Assembly: GCA_016180435.1 (NCBI GenBank)
Contig: JACPBG010000001.1
Location: forward strand, 8,358-72,357
DNA length: 64,000 bases
Origin: Candidatus Sungiibacteriota bacterium
GTDB taxonomy: Bacteria; Patescibacteriota; Minisyncoccia; Sungbacterales; HO2-52-23
Direction: 5' to 3'
Below are positions 10,013-19,424 of this stretch, piece by piece; the stretch's first letter is position 1, and the number at the start of each line of letters is the position of its first letter. Both the position numbers and the translations under genes were made by a program. The notes under the pieces are model-generated. The model saw nothing but the letters and a program-made list of their open reading frames with translations, did no database searches and was not told the DNA's origin.

Positions 10013-11974
10013 TTGGATATAAAAATATGTTATGTTGGAATAATCACTAAGATGGATGAGGAATTGCGCCAAAGATTAGAAGCAATTGAGAACCGCCTTT
10101 CGGCATTGGAGACGCGTTTTGATGTTGCGGCTGATCAGATTTCAGGTAAGGATTTTTTACCCCAGCCTCCTTCTTACACTCCTGAAAAACCGGCGCAAAA
10201 TCAATGGTGGCAGGTTCCTTCAGCACAGAGAACTGTATCTGAAAAATTGGGCATAGCGGAAAAAACCGGCGGCAGTGTAGAGTCCTATATCGGCCGATGG
10301 GTGCTTGGTGTAGTCGGGATTGTAGCTGTAATATTCGGAGCAAGTTTTTTGCTCAAATACGCTTTTGATAACAATCTTATAGGTCCGGCCGGGCGCGTGG
10401 CGCTGGGAATTATCGGCGGACTGATTTTTGTGGCGCTCGGCGAATTTTTTCGTCCGCGCCTTGCCAAGTACTCATATATTTTATCGGGCGGCGGCCTGGC
10501 GCTTTTTTACCTTTCAATCTACGGCGCTTTTCATTTTTACGGGCTTATCGGACAAGAAACTGCATTCGGCTTTATGATAGTTGTGACCATATTCGGCGTT
10601 GCGCTTTCCATTTGGGCTGATGCGGTTGAGCTTGCCGGTCTGGCCGCATTCGGCGGATTTCTAACTCCGTTTTTATTATCCGCCAAAGTCCCCAATGATA
10701 TGGCCTTTTTCTCGTACCTTGAGATATTGGCTCTAGGGATTTTTGCCACTGCTTTCTTTAAAAAATGGCATCAACTTACGCTTCTCGGGTTTATCGGCAT
10801 GATGATCAATTTTGCATCCTGGTACGGCGGGTATTATGATTCTTCAAGATTGGTTACGGCCCTTTTTGTTCTTTTTATGTTTTATGCCACTTTTCTTTTG
10901 GCGTCCTTTGCCGGAAATGTCATGTCGCGGCACGTATCCGATCCTGGGGATCTTTTTATCTTTACCATAAATCCGGCCTGGTTTTTCGGGTGGTGTTATT
11001 TTTTATTGCAGCGCGAATCGGATTATGAAAGGTTCCTGGGATTTTTGGCAGCCGGGCTTGGCGCGCTTTATATTTTCTTGGCTTATTTTGCCAATGCCTT
11101 GAATAAGGAGGACCGGCGTTTGCCCATGTTTTTGGGTGCGATTGCCGTAGTGTTTTTGACCATTGCGGTGCCGCTGGAGCTTGATCAAAACGCGATTACC
11201 ATTGCCTGGGCAGTGGAGGCAGCCGTACTTTTTGCGTTGGGCGTTATATTGCAAAATCCCGGCATGCGTATTTTTGGCGTTGGGGTCTTGGTGATCGCTC
11301 TGATACGTCTTTCATCATTTGACAGCGGTGCCGGGGATTTGGTTAATTTTTTGCCTATTTTCAATCGCCGCTTTTTCACTTATTTCATGACCATAGTTGC
11401 TTCGGGTGTAATGGCATATTTTTCGGTTCGAGAAAGAGAAAAATTCTCTTCATTTGAGCGCGGCATATCGCTGTTCCTGGGATCATTGGTTAATCTCCTG
11501 ATTCTTATTATAATCACCATGGAGATTTCCACGTTTTTTGATTCGCAGATAAATGACCTCAATAGGAAAGCGATGCTTGAACTTGAACGGGGAGCGCGCA
11601 GGGCGCCGATCACCCAGCAAACAACCCCGCCGTATTTGCAGGTGCCGTATCAGTATGAGGCTGAACGCCGCATACAGCAAAGCCAGGAATATCAATCATT
11701 GAATAATCAGCGCAATGCCTCTATTTCCGTTTTTTGGACCATATATGCGATTTTGCTTATAAGTTTCGGGGTAATGTACCAGAAGGCGTTTCTGCGCTGG
11801 TGGGCGCTTGGACTTTTCGGATTGACCATAGGGAAAGTATTTTTGTTTGACCTTGCCATATTGCCGACTCCTTATCGCATAATTTCATTTATGGTGCTTG
11901 GCATAATTTTGCTTTTGGCGTCATGGTTTTATTTCAAGCGCCAAAGATCGCTGGAAAATATCGCCGCATCCTAA
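10013..11974 (+). CDS. DUF2339-like integral membrane protein (N-terminal coiled coil followed by about 14 TM helices)
   Basis: N-terminal EELRQRLEAIENRLSALETRFD coiled coil; long string of hydrophobic helices; architecture typical of DUF2339. Confidence 0.45.
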   Translation: MDIKICYVGIITKMDEELRQRLEAIENRLSALETRFDVAADQISGKDFLPQPPSYTPEKPAQNQWWQVPSAQRTVSEKLGIAEKTGGSVESYIGRWVLGVVGIVAVIFGASFLLKYAFDNNLIGPAGRVALGIIGGLIFVALGEFFRPRLAKYSYILSGGGLALFYLSIYGAFHFYGLIGQETAFGFMIVVTIFGVALSIWADAVELAGLAAFGGFLTPFLLSAKVPNDMAFFSYLEILALGIFATAFFKKWHQLTLLGFIGMMINFASWYGGYYDSSRLVTALFVLFMFYATFLLASFAGNVMSRHVSDPGDLFIFTINPAWFFGWCYFLLQRESDYERFLGFLAAGLGALYIFLAYFANALNKEDRRLPMFLGAIAVVFLTIAVPLELDQNAITIAWAVEAAVLFALGVILQNPGMRIFGVGVLVIALIRLSSFDSGAGDLVNFLPIFNRRFFTYFMTIVASGVMAYFSVREREKFSSFERGISLFLGSLVNLLILIIITMEISTFFDSQINDLNRKAMLELERGARRAPITQQTTPPYLQVPYQYEAERRIQQSQEYQSLNNQRNASISVFWTIYAILLISFGVMYQKAFLRWWALGLFGLTIGKVFLFDLAILPTPYRIISFMVLGIILLLASWFYFKRQRSLENIAAS

Positions 11975-11988
11975 AATAGTCAGCATTT

Positions 11989-13272
11989 ATGAAAAACTTT
12001 TTATATATCATTATTCCATTTTTTATCGCGGTCGGATTTTTTTCGGTCAGCTGTCTTACTGTTTATGCTGATTTTGATTTGGCTCGCTGGGAATACCTTG
12101 CGCCGATTGAAGGCGGGCCGGGAGTCGGGTCCGGTTATGTTACGCTTGATATCCCCAGCGGATTATTTTCATACTTAAAATCAGATTTATCCGATCTTCG
12201 CGTGGTTAATGACGACGGAGAGGTGCCGTATGTTGCGGCAGTGGAGCGGGAAACTCAGTCAATTTTAAATATTCCGGCGCGAATGTTCAATCTTTCAACC
12301 GTCCCCGGAGATAACACCAGTTTCATGGTTGATCTTGGCCAGTCCGGACTTTTCCATAATTTTGTCACGGTACGAACATCTTCGGAAAATTTCCGGCGCA
12401 TGGCGGAGGTCGAGGGCAGTGATGACGCAAGTTCCTGGCGCATGCTGAATTCCAAAGGCCAGATATTTGATTATACCGTGCGCGACATCAGTCCGGTAAG
12501 CGTTGAATATCTTTCGGTTCCGTATCCGGAATCAACTTTCAGATATCTTTTGGTTACCATTCGCGACAATGGAGAGTCGCCGCTGAAAATCCACGGAGCG
12601 GAGGTGCGGCGCGAGGTAAAGCTTGAAGCACGGGAAATTTCATATACGCCGTCAATGGAGATTTCGGAAAACGTAAAGGATCGCGCGACCGAAGTGTTGC
12701 TTGATCTTGGAGCGCGGGGCATCCCGCATCGCAAGGCGCAGCTTGAAATTTCCTATGCAAATTTCAGCCGGGCAGTTGCTGTATTTGAAAGTGATGACAA
12801 GAAAGAGTGGCGCTCTTTGGGGCACGCCTATATTTTTTCGATAGATACGCCTAAATTTTATGGGAAACAGCTTGAATTTACATATTCGGAATCAAATAAG
12901 CAATACCTGAAATTTGCCATTTTGAACCGGGATGACAGGCCGTTGAGTGTATCTAAGGTTTTTCTCACCGGAGTTATGCGGCGCATTCTTTTCAGTTTTA
13001 ATCCTTCTAAGAAATATTATTTATATGCCGGAAATTCTAACGCGCGCCGGCCGCAATATGATATAGAAGCGATTTCCCAGTATGTTGATTCGGCGTCTCT
13101 ATTTAAGGTTATCGCCGGAGCTACGGAAAAGAATCTGGACTTTGAGCCGATCAAGCCGCCCTTATCCGAGCGCTCACCCTATGTTTTGCCGGTCACTCTT
13201 GGCTTCGTGGTCTTGGTGCTGGCGGCTTTGCTTCTACGCATATTTTTGAAAGTTAAGGGCAGCGCGACTTAA
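11989..13272 (+). CDS. DUF3999-like secreted protein with a C-terminal TM anchor (the usual neighbour of DUF2339)
   Basis: Signal peptide MKNFLYIIIPFFIAVGFFSVSCLTVYA; C-terminal TM YVLPVTLGFVVLVLAALLL; conserved pairing with the preceding gene. Confidence 0.4.
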   Translation: MKNFLYIIIPFFIAVGFFSVSCLTVYADFDLARWEYLAPIEGGPGVGSGYVTLDIPSGLFSYLKSDLSDLRVVNDDGEVPYVAAVERETQSILNIPARMFNLSTVPGDNTSFMVDLGQSGLFHNFVTVRTSSENFRRMAEVEGSDDASSWRMLNSKGQIFDYTVRDISPVSVEYLSVPYPESTFRYLLVTIRDNGESPLKIHGAEVRREVKLEAREISYTPSMEISENVKDRATEVLLDLGARGIPHRKAQLEISYANFSRAVAVFESDDKKEWRSLGHAYIFSIDTPKFYGKQLEFTYSESNKQYLKFAILNRDDRPLSVSKVFLTGVMRRILFSFNPSKKYYLYAGNSNARRPQYDIEAISQYVDSASLFKVIAGATEKNLDFEPIKPPLSERSPYVLPVTLGFVVLVLAALLLRIFLKVKGSAT

Positions 13273-13277
13273 GCGAT

Positions 13278-13368
13278 ATCAACGAATAACTAATCTTGTT
13301 ACGAATCAACGAATCATTTCTAAAAAATTCCGATTCGTAAATTCGCACGCGATTCGTTATTCGTTGAT
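13278..13368. repeat. Family E palindromic intergenic element, ACGAATA-rich. Terminal 13-bp inverted repeat ATCAACGAATAAC / GTTATTCGTTGAT
   Basis: Perfect terminal inverted repeat read directly; related copies at 19058-19152 and 60323-60392. Confidence 0.7.
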
Positions 13369-13377
13369 TTTTGCCCA

Positions 13378-14262
13378 ATGAGTTTAAACGAATATCTAAA
13401 GCAAGCTACAGACAACGGATGGGCAATCGGTCATTTTAACGCATCGGAACTTGACCAGATGCGTTCTATTTTGGATGCGTGTAAGGACGCGAGTTCTCCG
13501 GCTATGATCGGTACCTCGGAGGGTGAGAGTAAGCATTTGGGACTTGCGGAAGCAGTTGCTTTGCGTGACGCATTCAGAATTAAATACGGAATTCCTGTTT
13601 TTTTAAACGCCGACCATCATAAAAGCGCGGAAGCGGCCATAAAAGCAATTGATGCCGGATATGATTCGGTCCATATTGATCTTTCTTCGTTTCCCATGGA
13701 GGAAAATATCGCAGGCACCAAGATGGTAGTGGATTATGCACGTCAAAGAGAATCAAGAATCAAGAATCAAGAATCAAGAATTAGCGTGGAGGGCGAGCTC
13801 GGGTATCTTCGCGGAGAATCTAAAATTCATCATGAAAAAATTGAAGTAAAGCCGGAGGACTACACCAAAGTGGATCAGGCCAAAGAATTTGTGGCGCGTA
13901 CCGGAGTGGATCGCTTGGCGATTGTTATCGGAAATATCCACGGCATTGCGCCCTCGCATCCGCATCTGGATGTTCAGCGCGTGCTTGATATAAGGCGCGC
14001 TATTCCCAATAGCGTGGCATTAGTGTTGCATGGCGGATCCGGTATTCCGGATGGCGAAGTGGAGGAAGTAATTGGAGTCGGCATTGCCAATGTACATATA
14101 AATACCGAATTGCGCGTCGCGTACGTGCATGGAATGAAGCGCGGATTTGAGTTATATCCGAATGAGGTTTCGATGTATAAATTGGATCAGGAGGCCATTA
14201 AGGCCATGAAATTGGTGGTAAAAGAGAAATTGAAATTATTTGGAGCGGTGAATAAAATTTAG
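13378..14262 (+). CDS. fba: Fructose-bisphosphate aldolase, class II
   Basis: GHFNASELDQMRSILDA, NADHH, LVLHGGSGIPDGEV: class II ketose-bisphosphate aldolase signatures. Confidence 0.85.
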   Translation: MSLNEYLKQATDNGWAIGHFNASELDQMRSILDACKDASSPAMIGTSEGESKHLGLAEAVALRDAFRIKYGIPVFLNADHHKSAEAAIKAIDAGYDSVHIDLSSFPMEENIAGTKMVVDYARQRESRIKNQESRISVEGELGYLRGESKIHHEKIEVKPEDYTKVDQAKEFVARTGVDRLAIVIGNIHGIAPSHPHLDVQRVLDIRRAIPNSVALVLHGGSGIPDGEVEEVIGVGIANVHINTELRVAYVHGMKRGFELYPNEVSMYKLDQEAIKAMKLVVKEKLKLFGAVNKI

Positions 14263-14395
14263 CTCGGTATTGCTGTTTTGAAACACGACTCGGCCGCTCC
14301 TGCGGCGGCCTCGCTAAGGGTCGAGCAAAGTTTTGCGGCTTTGCCGCAAACCAAGCAACTTTGCTCTCCCATTGTTTCAAAACAGCAATACACTC
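14263..14395. repeat. Family A structured repeat, copy A1. Outer 17-bp inverted repeat ATTGCTGTTTTGAAACA/TGTTTCAAAACAGCAAT, two internal hairpins, core motifs CTAAGGGTCG and CTCCCATTGT
   Basis: Same architecture and core motifs as copies at 17868-18005, 28404-28545, 29893-30090 and 44164-44390. Confidence 0.75.
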
Positions 14396-14410
14396 GCTGA
14401 CGTATTTTTT

Positions 14411-15385
14411 ATGAAGGTATTTGTCACTCGCCAAATTCCAGATAGGGGAATAAATATGTTAAAGAAAAAGGGCCATGAGGCAGTTGTAAGCCCGCATGAT
14501 AGAGTCCTCAAAAAAGAGGAACTGATTGAATATCTGAAAAAAGATAAATATGATGCTGTATTGGCTCTGCTTACGGATAAAATTGATGCGGGCGTCTTGG
14601 ATGCAATGAAAGAAAGCGGAGTAAAAATTATCGCAAATTACGCGGTGGGGTTTGATAATATTGATGTAAAATCAGCCGGGGAGAGGGGAATTGTGGTCAC
14701 CAATACTCCCGGAGTTCTTACTGAAACAGTGGCCGAGCATACGTTTTCTTTGATGTTATCCATTGCGCATCGGATTCCGGAATCGGACAGATTTACCCGC
14801 GCCGGAAAATATCATGGCTGGGAGCCGATGATGCTTTTGGGAACTGACGTATCAAAAAAAACACTTGGCGTGGTGGGACTTGGCCGAATAGGATCAAGAG
14901 TGGCGTACCACGCCGCCAAAGGGTTTGAAATGAAGATACTTTATTATGATCCGAAACGCTCGGAAGAGTTTGAAAAAGAATATGGTGCGCAATATCGCGA
15001 AAATATTGATGATATTTTCCGTGAGTCGGATTTTGTTTCAATACACGTGCCGCTACTTCCGGCAACGCGTCATTTGGTTGATGCCAGGCGGCTCGGGCTT
15101 ATGAAAAAAACCGCGTATCTTATTAATACGTCGCGTGGCCCGATTGTGGATGAGACGGCTCTGGTTGCGGCATTGAAAAACAAAGTGATTCGTGGAGCCG
15201 CGCTGGATGTGTATGAAAATGAGCCAATGCTCTCGCCCGGTTTGGCCGAATGCGAAAACGCGATCTTAACCCCGCATACCGCATCCGCCACCGAAGAAAC
15301 GCGCCAAGCCATGGGAGAATTGGCAGCCAAAAATATCATTGAGGTGTTGGAAGGCCGTACCCCGCCGAACCTTGTAAAAATTTAA
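14411..15385 (+). CDS. D-isomer-specific 2-hydroxyacid dehydrogenase (glyoxylate/hydroxypyruvate reductase or PGDH-like). The start is moved to the second ATG because the first 26 codons of the track ORF overlap repeat A1
   Basis: NAD-binding GVVGLGRIGSRVA; catalytic region LINTSRGPIVDE...ALDVYENEP...LTPH. Confidence 0.8.
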   Translation: MKVFVTRQIPDRGINMLKKKGHEAVVSPHDRVLKKEELIEYLKKDKYDAVLALLTDKIDAGVLDAMKESGVKIIANYAVGFDNIDVKSAGERGIVVTNTPGVLTETVAEHTFSLMLSIAHRIPESDRFTRAGKYHGWEPMMLLGTDVSKKTLGVVGLGRIGSRVAYHAAKGFEMKILYYDPKRSEEFEKEYGAQYRENIDDIFRESDFVSIHVPLLPATRHLVDARRLGLMKKTAYLINTSRGPIVDETALVAALKNKVIRGAALDVYENEPMLSPGLAECENAILTPHTASATEETRQAMGELAAKNIIEVLEGRTPPNLVKI

Positions 15386-15429
15386 GGACTCTGATATGAT
15401 CCTCTTAGTTCTTACAAGAGGATTCAAAA

Positions 15430-15720
15430 ATGGAAAATCTGCTTTGGGCGTTTTTAGCTCTTCAGTGGTGGGAGTATGTGGTGCTTTTTATCATCATCTA
15501 TCTTCTTTTGGGGTTGTACGGAATGTCTATGTATTTTCGTAATGACCATACTTGTTGGGGAAATTTTTGGAAGGTTTCTTCAATTTGGTGGGTGCTACTG
15601 ATAGTTAATTTAAGCCAAGAAGTAATTCCATATTATCTGAAATGTAGAAAAGAGCATGTGAAAAAACGCGTGAAAGCCAAGATAAAAAAATACGGACTAT
15701 CCGAGTTAAAGACAGATTAA
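15430..15720 (+). CDS. Small hypothetical membrane protein
   Basis: Two hydrophobic helices; followed by an intrinsic terminator. Confidence 0.35.
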   Translation: MENLLWAFLALQWWEYVVLFIIIYLLLGLYGMSMYFRNDHTCWGNFWKVSSIWWVLLIVNLSQEVIPYYLKCRKEHVKKRVKAKIKKYGLSELKTD

Positions 15721-15722
15721 GC

Positions 15723-15753
15723 AGGGACGGCATTACCGTCCTCTTTTATTTTT
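15723..15753 (+). terminator. Rho-independent terminator (AGGGACGG-CATTA-CCGTCCT followed by a T-run)
   Basis: GC-rich 8-bp stem followed by CTTTTATTTTT. Confidence 0.7.
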
Positions 15754-15779
15754 CTAAAGGGCGTGCTATCATAGCATTT

Positions 15780-16484
15780 ATGCAGGAATTAAAGGCAAGT
15801 TCACGAACAGAATTAGGCAGGCGGGTAAAGCCCTTACGAAAGGATGGTTTTTTACCGGGCGTGGTGTATGGCGAGGGAGTGGCTTCCCGGCCGGTTTCGG
15901 TTCCTTATAAGGATTTTGATAAAGTATATAGGGAAGCCGGAGAATCAACCATTATTGAGTTGGATGTGGATGGAAAGCAATATAATGTGCTTATTCAGGA
16001 TATTGCGCGCGATCCTATGCGCGGGGATATGCTCCATGCGGATTTTTATGCCGTACGGATGGATAAGGTGATTCGCACTAAAGTCCGGGTGGCTTTTGTG
16101 GGTGAGTCGCCGGCAGTTAAAAACGACGGTGGGGTCTTGGTAAAAGTTATGCAGGAAATTGAGGTAGAGGCCTTGCCCAAAGACCTTACGCGCGAAATTC
16201 GGGTGGATGTATCAAAGCTTGTGGTTCTTGAATCAAGAATCACGGTAAAAGATATTGTTTTACCGCAAGGTGTAAAAGCGCTTGCCGCGCCGGATGATGT
16301 TTTGGTTCTAGTTGAGAAGCCGAGGGCCGAGGAGGAACTTGCGGCATTGAAACAAGCGCCGCTTGCGGAGCCGGTGGCGGAAGTTAAGACCGAGCAGGAG
16401 GCCAAACGCGAGGCCAAAGAAAAAGATAAAGACGAGGCAACGGAGGAAAAGGGAACTGGTAAGGAAGCGGGAGCCAAGGTATAA
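15780..16484 (+). CDS. rplY: 50S ribosomal protein L25 / general stress protein Ctc
   Basis: RVKPLRKDGFLPGVVYG...DFYAV: L25/Ctc family with an acidic C-terminal tail. Confidence 0.85.
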   Translation: MQELKASSRTELGRRVKPLRKDGFLPGVVYGEGVASRPVSVPYKDFDKVYREAGESTIIELDVDGKQYNVLIQDIARDPMRGDMLHADFYAVRMDKVIRTKVRVAFVGESPAVKNDGGVLVKVMQEIEVEALPKDLTREIRVDVSKLVVLESRITVKDIVLPQGVKALAAPDDVLVLVEKPRAEEELAALKQAPLAEPVAEVKTEQEAKREAKEKDKDEATEEKGTGKEAGAKV

Positions 16485-16492
16485 TAGCAAGT

Positions 16493-17851
16493 ATGCAATT
16501 CAAATCAAATAAGGCTATCTGGAAAACCTCATATTTATTGAGGATTTTTATCTTTGTACTTTGTTACGGACTTTTTTTTGTTCAGCCCGTTTTTGCTCAA
16601 GAATCGGCGCAGAAAAAGGCCGAATTAGAACGGCAGATCGGACAACTTGAGAAAGAGGCCGATGCTCTAGACAATCAGTTGCAGTCGGTACTTGTTGAAA
16701 AACGGTCGTTGGATAGCGAAAAAAAGACCCTGGATACGGAAATAAAGCGCCGGGAACTGGAAATAAGGCGTCTTACGCTTGTTTTGAAAAAAACCGCGTC
16801 CGAAATTCAGGAAAAAACTTCGGGCATCGGCGTGCTTACCCAAAAAATCGCAAAATCCCGCAGTGCGATTGCCGCCGGACTTTTTTCGCTATATACCTAT
16901 GACCACCATAATCCGTTTATCATGATTTTGGGATACGGGAAGATTTCAGATTTTTTCAGTTCGATAGAGGGTTTGACCAGAGTACAGGCGCGTATTCAGG
17001 CAACGCTTTATGATTTTAAAAAAGATCGCGAGTTATTGGCCAAGGAAAAGGAGGAACTCGAGGGATTCAAGGCCGAACAGCAGGGATTGCATTCTTTGCA
17101 GGAGGTTGAGCGCAGGTTTCTTGCGCAGAAGAAACAGGAGAAAGAGGAATTATTGAGATTAACCAAGGGTAAGGAAGCGATTTTCCAGCAGCTTTTGACA
17201 TCCAAAAAACGGGATCTGACAACGCTTAAAACACAGCTGTTTTATCTGGAAAAAACCGGAGTTACGGCCGAAGATGCGATACGTTTTGCCGAACTTGCGG
17301 CTAATCGCTCCGGCATAAGGCCTGCGTTTCTGCTGGCATTGCTTGAGGTGGAAACCGGAAAGCAATTTGAAGACGGAGTTATATCGGTTGGAACAAATCT
17401 CGGGACCGGAAATTGGAAAAGAGACCTTTATGACTGTTACCGAAGCATCGGGAAAAAGTCCGCGGCCGAATCCGAAAAAACCGCATTTTTTAAGATTGCG
17501 GGGGCCCTGAACCTGGATCCTGATAAAATGCCGGTTTCACGGCGTCCGTCATATGGTTGCGGAGGCGCCATGGGTCCGGCGCAATTTTTGCCGACAACCT
17601 GGCTGCGTTTTTCAAATAAAGTTGCAGAGCTCACCGGACATAATCCTCCTAATCCATGGAATGTTGAGGACGCATTTACCGCAGCTGCGGTTTTTCTGGC
17701 GGATGCAGGCGCCAAATCGCAAACCGTTGCCGGAGAATCGCGTGCCGCGCGAACCTATATATCCGGAAGCCCGTCCTGCAAGCGATATATCTGTAATACA
17801 TACGCCAACAGAATTGCGGCCCTCGCCCGCGATATAGATAGGATTTTGTGA
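16493..17851 (+). CDS. Coiled-coil protein with a C-terminal lytic murein transglycosylase (MltB-like) domain
   Basis: N-terminal TM segment, about 200 aa of coiled coil, then GCGGAMGPAQFLPTTW (MltB signature GAMGxxQFMPST). Confidence 0.6.
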   Translation: MQFKSNKAIWKTSYLLRIFIFVLCYGLFFVQPVFAQESAQKKAELERQIGQLEKEADALDNQLQSVLVEKRSLDSEKKTLDTEIKRRELEIRRLTLVLKKTASEIQEKTSGIGVLTQKIAKSRSAIAAGLFSLYTYDHHNPFIMILGYGKISDFFSSIEGLTRVQARIQATLYDFKKDRELLAKEKEELEGFKAEQQGLHSLQEVERRFLAQKKQEKEELLRLTKGKEAIFQQLLTSKKRDLTTLKTQLFYLEKTGVTAEDAIRFAELAANRSGIRPAFLLALLEVETGKQFEDGVISVGTNLGTGNWKRDLYDCYRSIGKKSAAESEKTAFFKIAGALNLDPDKMPVSRRPSYGCGGAMGPAQFLPTTWLRFSNKVAELTGHNPPNPWNVEDAFTAAAVFLADAGAKSQTVAGESRAARTYISGSPSCKRYICNTYANRIAALARDIDRIL

Positions 17852-17867
17852 TTGTGTGCGGTTTTCT

Positions 17868-18005
17868 CGGCAATTCCAATTTCAGACACGATGCGATTGC
17901 TCCAGCGGCAATCGCGCTAAGGGTCGGTCCGGTTTTCCGCTTTCAGCGGAACCCAGCAAACCGGACCTCCCATTGTCTGAAATTGAAATAGCCTCGACCG
18001 CGCAC
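17868..18005. repeat. Family A structured repeat, copy A2
   Basis: CAATTTCAGAC...GTCTGAAATTG outer inverted repeat; GCTAAGGGTCGG; CCTCCCATTGTCTGAAAT; two internal hairpins. Confidence 0.75.
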
Positions 18006-18023
18006 AATTATTTTAGGAGGGAT

Positions 18024-19046
18024 TTAAGTGTTAAATGCTTCAATGATATCGTCCACATTTCCCTCCAGTATTGATTCCAGATTATGCCATGATTTTTTGA
18101 TACGGTGATCGGTAACGCGGTCCTGGGGAAAATTATAAGTTCGAATTTTTTCCGAACGATCGGCCGTTCCTATCTGCTCGCGGCGTTTTTCGCCGATTTT
18201 TTTGGCTTCGGCCGCGTGTTTGTCTTCATACAATTTTGTGCGTAGAATATCCATGGCATGCTCCCGATTTTTTTGCTGGGAGCGGGATTCCTGCGAGGTT
18301 ATGACAAGGCCAGTCGGGAGGTGCGTCATGCGTACTGCGGTTTCGACTTTATTCACGTTTTGTCCTCCGGGTCCGGATGAGCGGAAAAATTCAACTTTTA
18401 CATCCTGTGGTTTTATTTCTATATCAATTTCACGGGCTTTGGGGAGTACCGCAACGGATGCGGTTGAGGTATGGATGCGGCCTGTTTTTTCGGTCTCCGG
18501 AATGCGTTGCACCCGGTGTACACCCGATTCGAATTGCAGGTAGGCATATGCGTTTTCGCCGTTTATTTCAAATATTATCTCTTTGAATCCGCCCAGGTCG
18601 CTTCGGGATTCATCCAGTGTCAAGATATTCCAGCCGCGTTTTTTGGCAAATTGGGCATACATGTGAAAAAGTTTTCCGGCAAAAAGTGAAGCCTCCTGGC
18701 CTCCGGCTCCGGCTCTGATCTCCATTATGACATCTTGCGGCAAATTTTCGGCGCCTGCGGCTGTTTTTTTCTCGAGCATCTTAAGTTCGCTTTTCAGCGA
18801 AATAAGTTCTTCTTCGGCAAGTTTTGCTATTTCCCCGTCCTTTTCCGGAGCAAGCATTTCTTCGGCCTCCTTAATTCTCTTCTGCAATTCTGATATTCGC
18901 GAAAGTTCAAAGATCCGTTTTTCAATTTTTGAAAATTCAATCGAGAGTTCTTTCACTTTTTGGGGGTCGCGGAGAATTTCGGGGTCGCCGAGTTTTTGCT
19001 GAAGCTCCTCTTTTTGCTGTTGTAGTTTTTGAAATTCAATTTCCAT
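18024..19046 (-). CDS. prfA: Peptide chain release factor 1 (class I release factor; RF1-like on motif content)
   Basis: GGQ motif SSGPGGQNVNK; RIPETEKTGRIHTS in the PxT (RF1) position rather than SPF; RTYNFPQDRVTDHRI matches RF1. Confidence 0.75.
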   Translation of the reverse strand: MEIEFQKLQQQKEELQQKLGDPEILRDPQKVKELSIEFSKIEKRIFELSRISELQKRIKEAEEMLAPEKDGEIAKLAEEELISLKSELKMLEKKTAAGAENLPQDVIMEIRAGAGGQEASLFAGKLFHMYAQFAKKRGWNILTLDESRSDLGGFKEIIFEINGENAYAYLQFESGVHRVQRIPETEKTGRIHTSTASVAVLPKAREIDIEIKPQDVKVEFFRSSGPGGQNVNKVETAVRMTHLPTGLVITSQESRSQQKNREHAMDILRTKLYEDKHAAEAKKIGEKRREQIGTADRSEKIRTYNFPQDRVTDHRIKKSWHNLESILEGNVDDIIEAFNT

Positions 19047-19057
19047 GTATAAATAAA

Positions 19058-19152
19058 ATCAACGAATATCGAATTTCGTACGAATATACGAATGGTTCGA
19101 CGTTGCTCACCATGAATTCGTATATTCGCGTTTGATTCGTTATTCGCTGATG
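19058..19152. repeat. Family E palindromic element (ACGAATA-rich), copy E2
   Basis: AATCAACGAATATCGAAT...ATTCGTATATTCG...GATTCGTTATTCGCTGATG, a long imperfect palindrome. Confidence 0.65.
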
Positions 19153-19359
19153 TTAATGTTTCTTTTTGGCCAATCTTTGTTTGAATTTCTCCACGCGGCC
19201 CGCGGTATCCACGAGTTTAGATCCCCCCGTATAAAAAGGGTGGCATTTTGAACATATTTCAATCTCCAGCTTTTCCTTGGCGGAACCCACCTGGAATTTG
19301 TGGCCGCAGGAACAATCAATTTTGGCCTGGTGATATTGAGGATGAATATCTTTTTTCAT
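19153..19359 (-). CDS. rpmE: 50S ribosomal protein L31
   Basis: MKKDIHPQY...CSCG...[10 protein letters not shown] zinc-ribbon L31. Confidence 0.9.
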   Translation of the reverse strand: MKKDIHPQYHQAKIDCSCGHKFQVGSAKEKLEIEICSKCHPFYTGGSKLVDTAGRVEKFKQRLAKKKH

Positions 19360-19424
19360 ATGCGAATCTTATCATGCATTTAAACCCCTTGCAAGCGGTT
19401 TGAGGTTTTGTTATACTGTGCGGT

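Noticed and set aside
13741-13790. Short tandem repeats (AGAATCA x4; also AGGATTT units at 28790-28825 and the 18-mer x2 at 60871-60906) considered as CRISPR arrays
   Set aside because: The units are 7-18 bp with no spacers, no repeat-spacer periodicity of 28-37/30-40 bp, and no cas genes in the window. They are simple tandem repeats.
16046-16498. 150-aa minus-strand ORF, and the 60-aa ORF at 16308-16490, antisense to rplY
   Set aside because: They overlap the strongly supported L25/Ctc gene entirely. The Ser/Ala-rich low-complexity translation is typical of antisense reading of an acidic, Lys/Glu-rich tail.
18024-19046. The release factor gene considered as RF2 (prfB) with a programmed +1 frameshift
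   Set aside because: The ORF is intact with no CTT-TGA-C shift site. The domain-3 tripeptide position reads PET (the PxT class), and the C-terminal RTYNFPQDRVTDHRI block matches RF1. It is therefore called prfA.
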